The notes under the pieces are model-generated. The model was not told the DNA's origin. It saw only the letters and a program-made list of their open reading frames with translations, and searched no databases. A DNA stretch of 64,000 bases, from positions 201,709 through 265,708 of the forward strand of contig CP129474.1 of the NCBI GenBank assembly GCA_030583765.1, given 5' to 3'. Positions 62,309 through 64,000 of the stretch are shown here, one piece after another. The translations under genes and the position numbers were made by a program. Position 1 is the first letter of the stretch. Each line of letters opens with the position of its first letter. This stretch comes from Minisyncoccota bacterium (GTDB taxonomy: Bacteria > Patescibacteriota > Minisyncoccia > 2-02-FULL-40-12 > GWA2-44-9).

Positions 62309-63438
62309 GATTCAATCTTGGCATCGCGCGAACCATCGCGCATGCGAATGCGTACCTTGTCGCCAGGCGCAACATCACGCGTCGTGCGGACAACACCATG
62401 AGGCACCCGCGTCACGACACTATAGCCACGCTCCAGCACGCGCTGAGGATCAGCGCTCTCAAGCAACAGCGCAAGTGAAGCAACGCGATCATGTGAGCGA
62501 GCCAGTGCAGTTCTCACGTGCGCCAAGAGCGGGGCCGCGTCGACCAGCGCTCGAGCACGATGTAAGGCGGTATCAGTTGCCCGTATCAACTGCTCCCGCA
62601 GACGTTCTACAGAAACAACAAACGGCTCCCACGATTGCGCAACCGCCATTGCAGCTGCGGTAGGAGTTGAGGTGGCAACATCAGCGGCTAGACACGCCAG
62701 CGGAACGTCGCGGTCATGCCCAATCGCACAAATAACAGGTATGGAGAGGCTGTGAATAGCGCGCACGACGCCTTCGGTATTAAACGCTTGGAGATCTTCG
62801 AGGCTACCACCGCCACGCATCACGGCGATAACATCAAAGTCATCGGCATGGTCCTGCATCCATGCACATGCATGAATAATCTCTTCCGGAGCGCGAGCTC
62901 CCTCAACGCGGACGCTGTAGAGAGATAGCGACATACCGCGCTGTGGAAGATTCTTCCGAAAATCATCAATAACTGCCCCCGTACGAGACGTGATGATGCC
63001 GATCCGCGAAATACGCTGTGGAAGTGGTCGCTTGCGAGCAAATAAGCCCTCGCGCTCCAATTGCTCCTTCAGCAATAGGTACGCGCGCTGGAGCGACCCT
63101 TCCCCAAGCGGCTCAAGATATTCAACGCGCAATGAGAAGCGTCCTTTTGGCTTATAGATGCTTGCGTTGCCTGCAACCTTTACCCGCATGCCGTCTTCTA
63201 GCGTTGACGCCATCATGCGCGCGGCATAGGGATTCATGTAGCAGTCTAAGAGGCTCCCGTCTTCGGGGTCCTTGAGTGAAAAGTAAAGTCCGCTGGGATG
63301 GTGGTGGACACCCGTTGTTTCGCCAAACACAAGAGCTGGCGCCTCTGCCAATACTGCATTGACGCCATCAAGAAATGCACTCACAGAGACCATGAGCGCC
63401 TCCTCGGCGGCTTTCGTCACCCGATTCGATGCAGTCAT
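62305..63438 (-). CDS. xseA: Exodeoxyribonuclease VII large subunit
   Basis: N-terminal OB-fold (VFGETTGVHHHPSGLYFSLKD) and the central catalytic region IITSRTGAVIDDF...VMRGGGSLEDLQAFN. Confidence 0.85.
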   Translation of the reverse strand: MTASNRVTKAAEEALMVSVSAFLDGVNAVLAEAPALVFGETTGVHHHPSGLYFSLKDPEDGSLLDCYMNPYAARMMASTLEDGMRVKVAGNASIYKPKGRFSLRVEYLEPLGEGSLQRAYLLLKEQLEREGLFARKRPLPQRISRIGIITSRTGAVIDDFRKNLPQRGMSLSLYSVRVEGARAPEEIIHACAWMQDHADDFDVIAVMRGGGSLEDLQAFNTEGVVRAIHSLSIPVICAIGHDRDVPLACLAADVATSTPTAAAMAVAQSWEPFVVSVERLREQLIRATDTALHRARALVDAAPLLAHVRTALARSHDRVASLALLLESADPQRVLERGYSVVTRVPHGVVRTTRDVAPGDKVRIRMRDGSRDAKIES

Positions 63439-63450
63439 GACCCTATGGTA

Positions 63451-64000
63451 TTAGAGTGTTTGCACAAGAACAAGGTTTGTTGTGCCCGTTGTGCCAAATT
63501 GGTCGCGGCCGGCAACCACAATATACCGCTCTCCTTTTTTCGCATATGCCTTCGCATGAGCTCGCGCCTCAGGGATTGCGGCGTCAAATGAGGCAATCTT
63601 CCCCGCCGCTACACCGGCAACGCCCCACGAGAAGTTCAGACGTCGCGCAATGGTCGCGGATGGCGTCAATGCAACGATGTGCTGATCATGACGGTATCGA
63701 GCAATGCGCTGTGCAGTGCGCCCCGTTTCAGTAAACGAAATGATCGCGCGCGCATCGAGCTGGTCAGCCATGTGTACCGCAGACGCTGCGACCGCATCGG
63801 CAATAAATGTATTCTCTGGGAATGTCTGCGGCATCACGTCTACTTGGGCACGCGTGATAATCCGCACCATGGTGCGGATGACCTCTTCTGGATATGCGCC
63901 ACGAGCCGTTTCTCCTGAAAGCATAACCGCGTCGGTACCATCTAAAATAGCGTTGGCGACATCAGTTACTTCTGCACGCGTCGGCAAGTGATTTGCGGTC
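63451..64000 (-). CDS. pyk: Pyruvate kinase, 3' portion (the gene continues beyond the window end)
   Basis: [40 protein letters not shown] is the canonical pyruvate kinase motif. The ORF is open to the window edge. Confidence 0.85.
   Translation of the reverse strand, partial: TANHLPTRAEVTDVANAILDGTDAVMLSGETARGAYPEEVIRTMVRIITRAQVDVMPQTFPENTFIADAVAASAVHMADQLDARAIISFTETGRTAQRIARYRHDQHIVALTPSATIARRLNFSWGVAGVAAGKIASFDAAIPEARAHAKAYAKKGERYIVVAGRDQFGTTGTTNLVLVQTL

Noticed and set aside
1-64000. CRISPR arrays, tRNA genes, rRNA, transposases or integrases
   Set aside because: No short regularly spaced direct repeats, no cloverleaf-compatible GTTCGA/T-loop contexts outside coding regions, and no recognizable transposase or integrase motifs were seen in any frame.

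Overview
This 64-kb window is dominated by a very large cell-envelope glycosylation region (about 1-43 kb). It is followed by cell-surface proteins (a giant Thr/Ser/Gly-rich surface protein and a lamin-tail-domain protein with a tandem TP-rich repeat), a mosaic stretch with compositional anomalies and decayed genes (52.5-57.1 kb), and a housekeeping block (nth, mutY-like, csaA, S41 protease, xseAB, pyruvate kinase). The glycan region carries the full toolkit of an en-bloc pathway: a polyprenyl-P sugar phosphotransferase (5' partial), a Wzx flippase, a WaaL/Wzy_C-family ligase fused to TPR repeats, an MsbA-like ABC exporter and at least 14 glycosyltransferases, including GT11 fucosyltransferase-like, GT9 heptosyltransferase fused to a methyltransferase, GT2 Dpm1-like polyprenol-P-hexose synthase, and a 9-gene translationally coupled minus-strand operon that is mostly GT4. 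Sugar-tailoring genes are also present: fcl, several SDR epimerase/reductases, three SAM methyltransferases, a cupin, an AsnB-type amidotransferase, a radical SAM/SPASM enzyme, KpsF arabinose-5-P isomerase and a putative 2OG oxygenase. Immediately downstream are four large polytopic membrane proteins in two paralogous pairs. One pair carries an N-terminal PMT/TMTC-like acidic loop motif (VFDDG/FWDDT) plus C-terminal TPR repeats, and that pair flanks a small Ser/Pro-rich anchored protein. Together with the Dpm1-like synthase and the Ser/Thr/Pro-rich surface proteins nearby, this looks like an undescribed protein O-glycosylation system, and it is my top candidate for the novel system. I found no CRISPR arrays, tRNAs, rRNAs or obvious mobile-element genes. 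Many long antisense ORFs in the supplied ORF track are GC-driven artefacts. Gene content and architecture (lamin-tail-domain proteins, TPR-fused membrane glycosyltransferases, weak Shine-Dalgarno usage) suggest a Patescibacteria/CPR-like or similarly reduced bacterium, but this is inference only.
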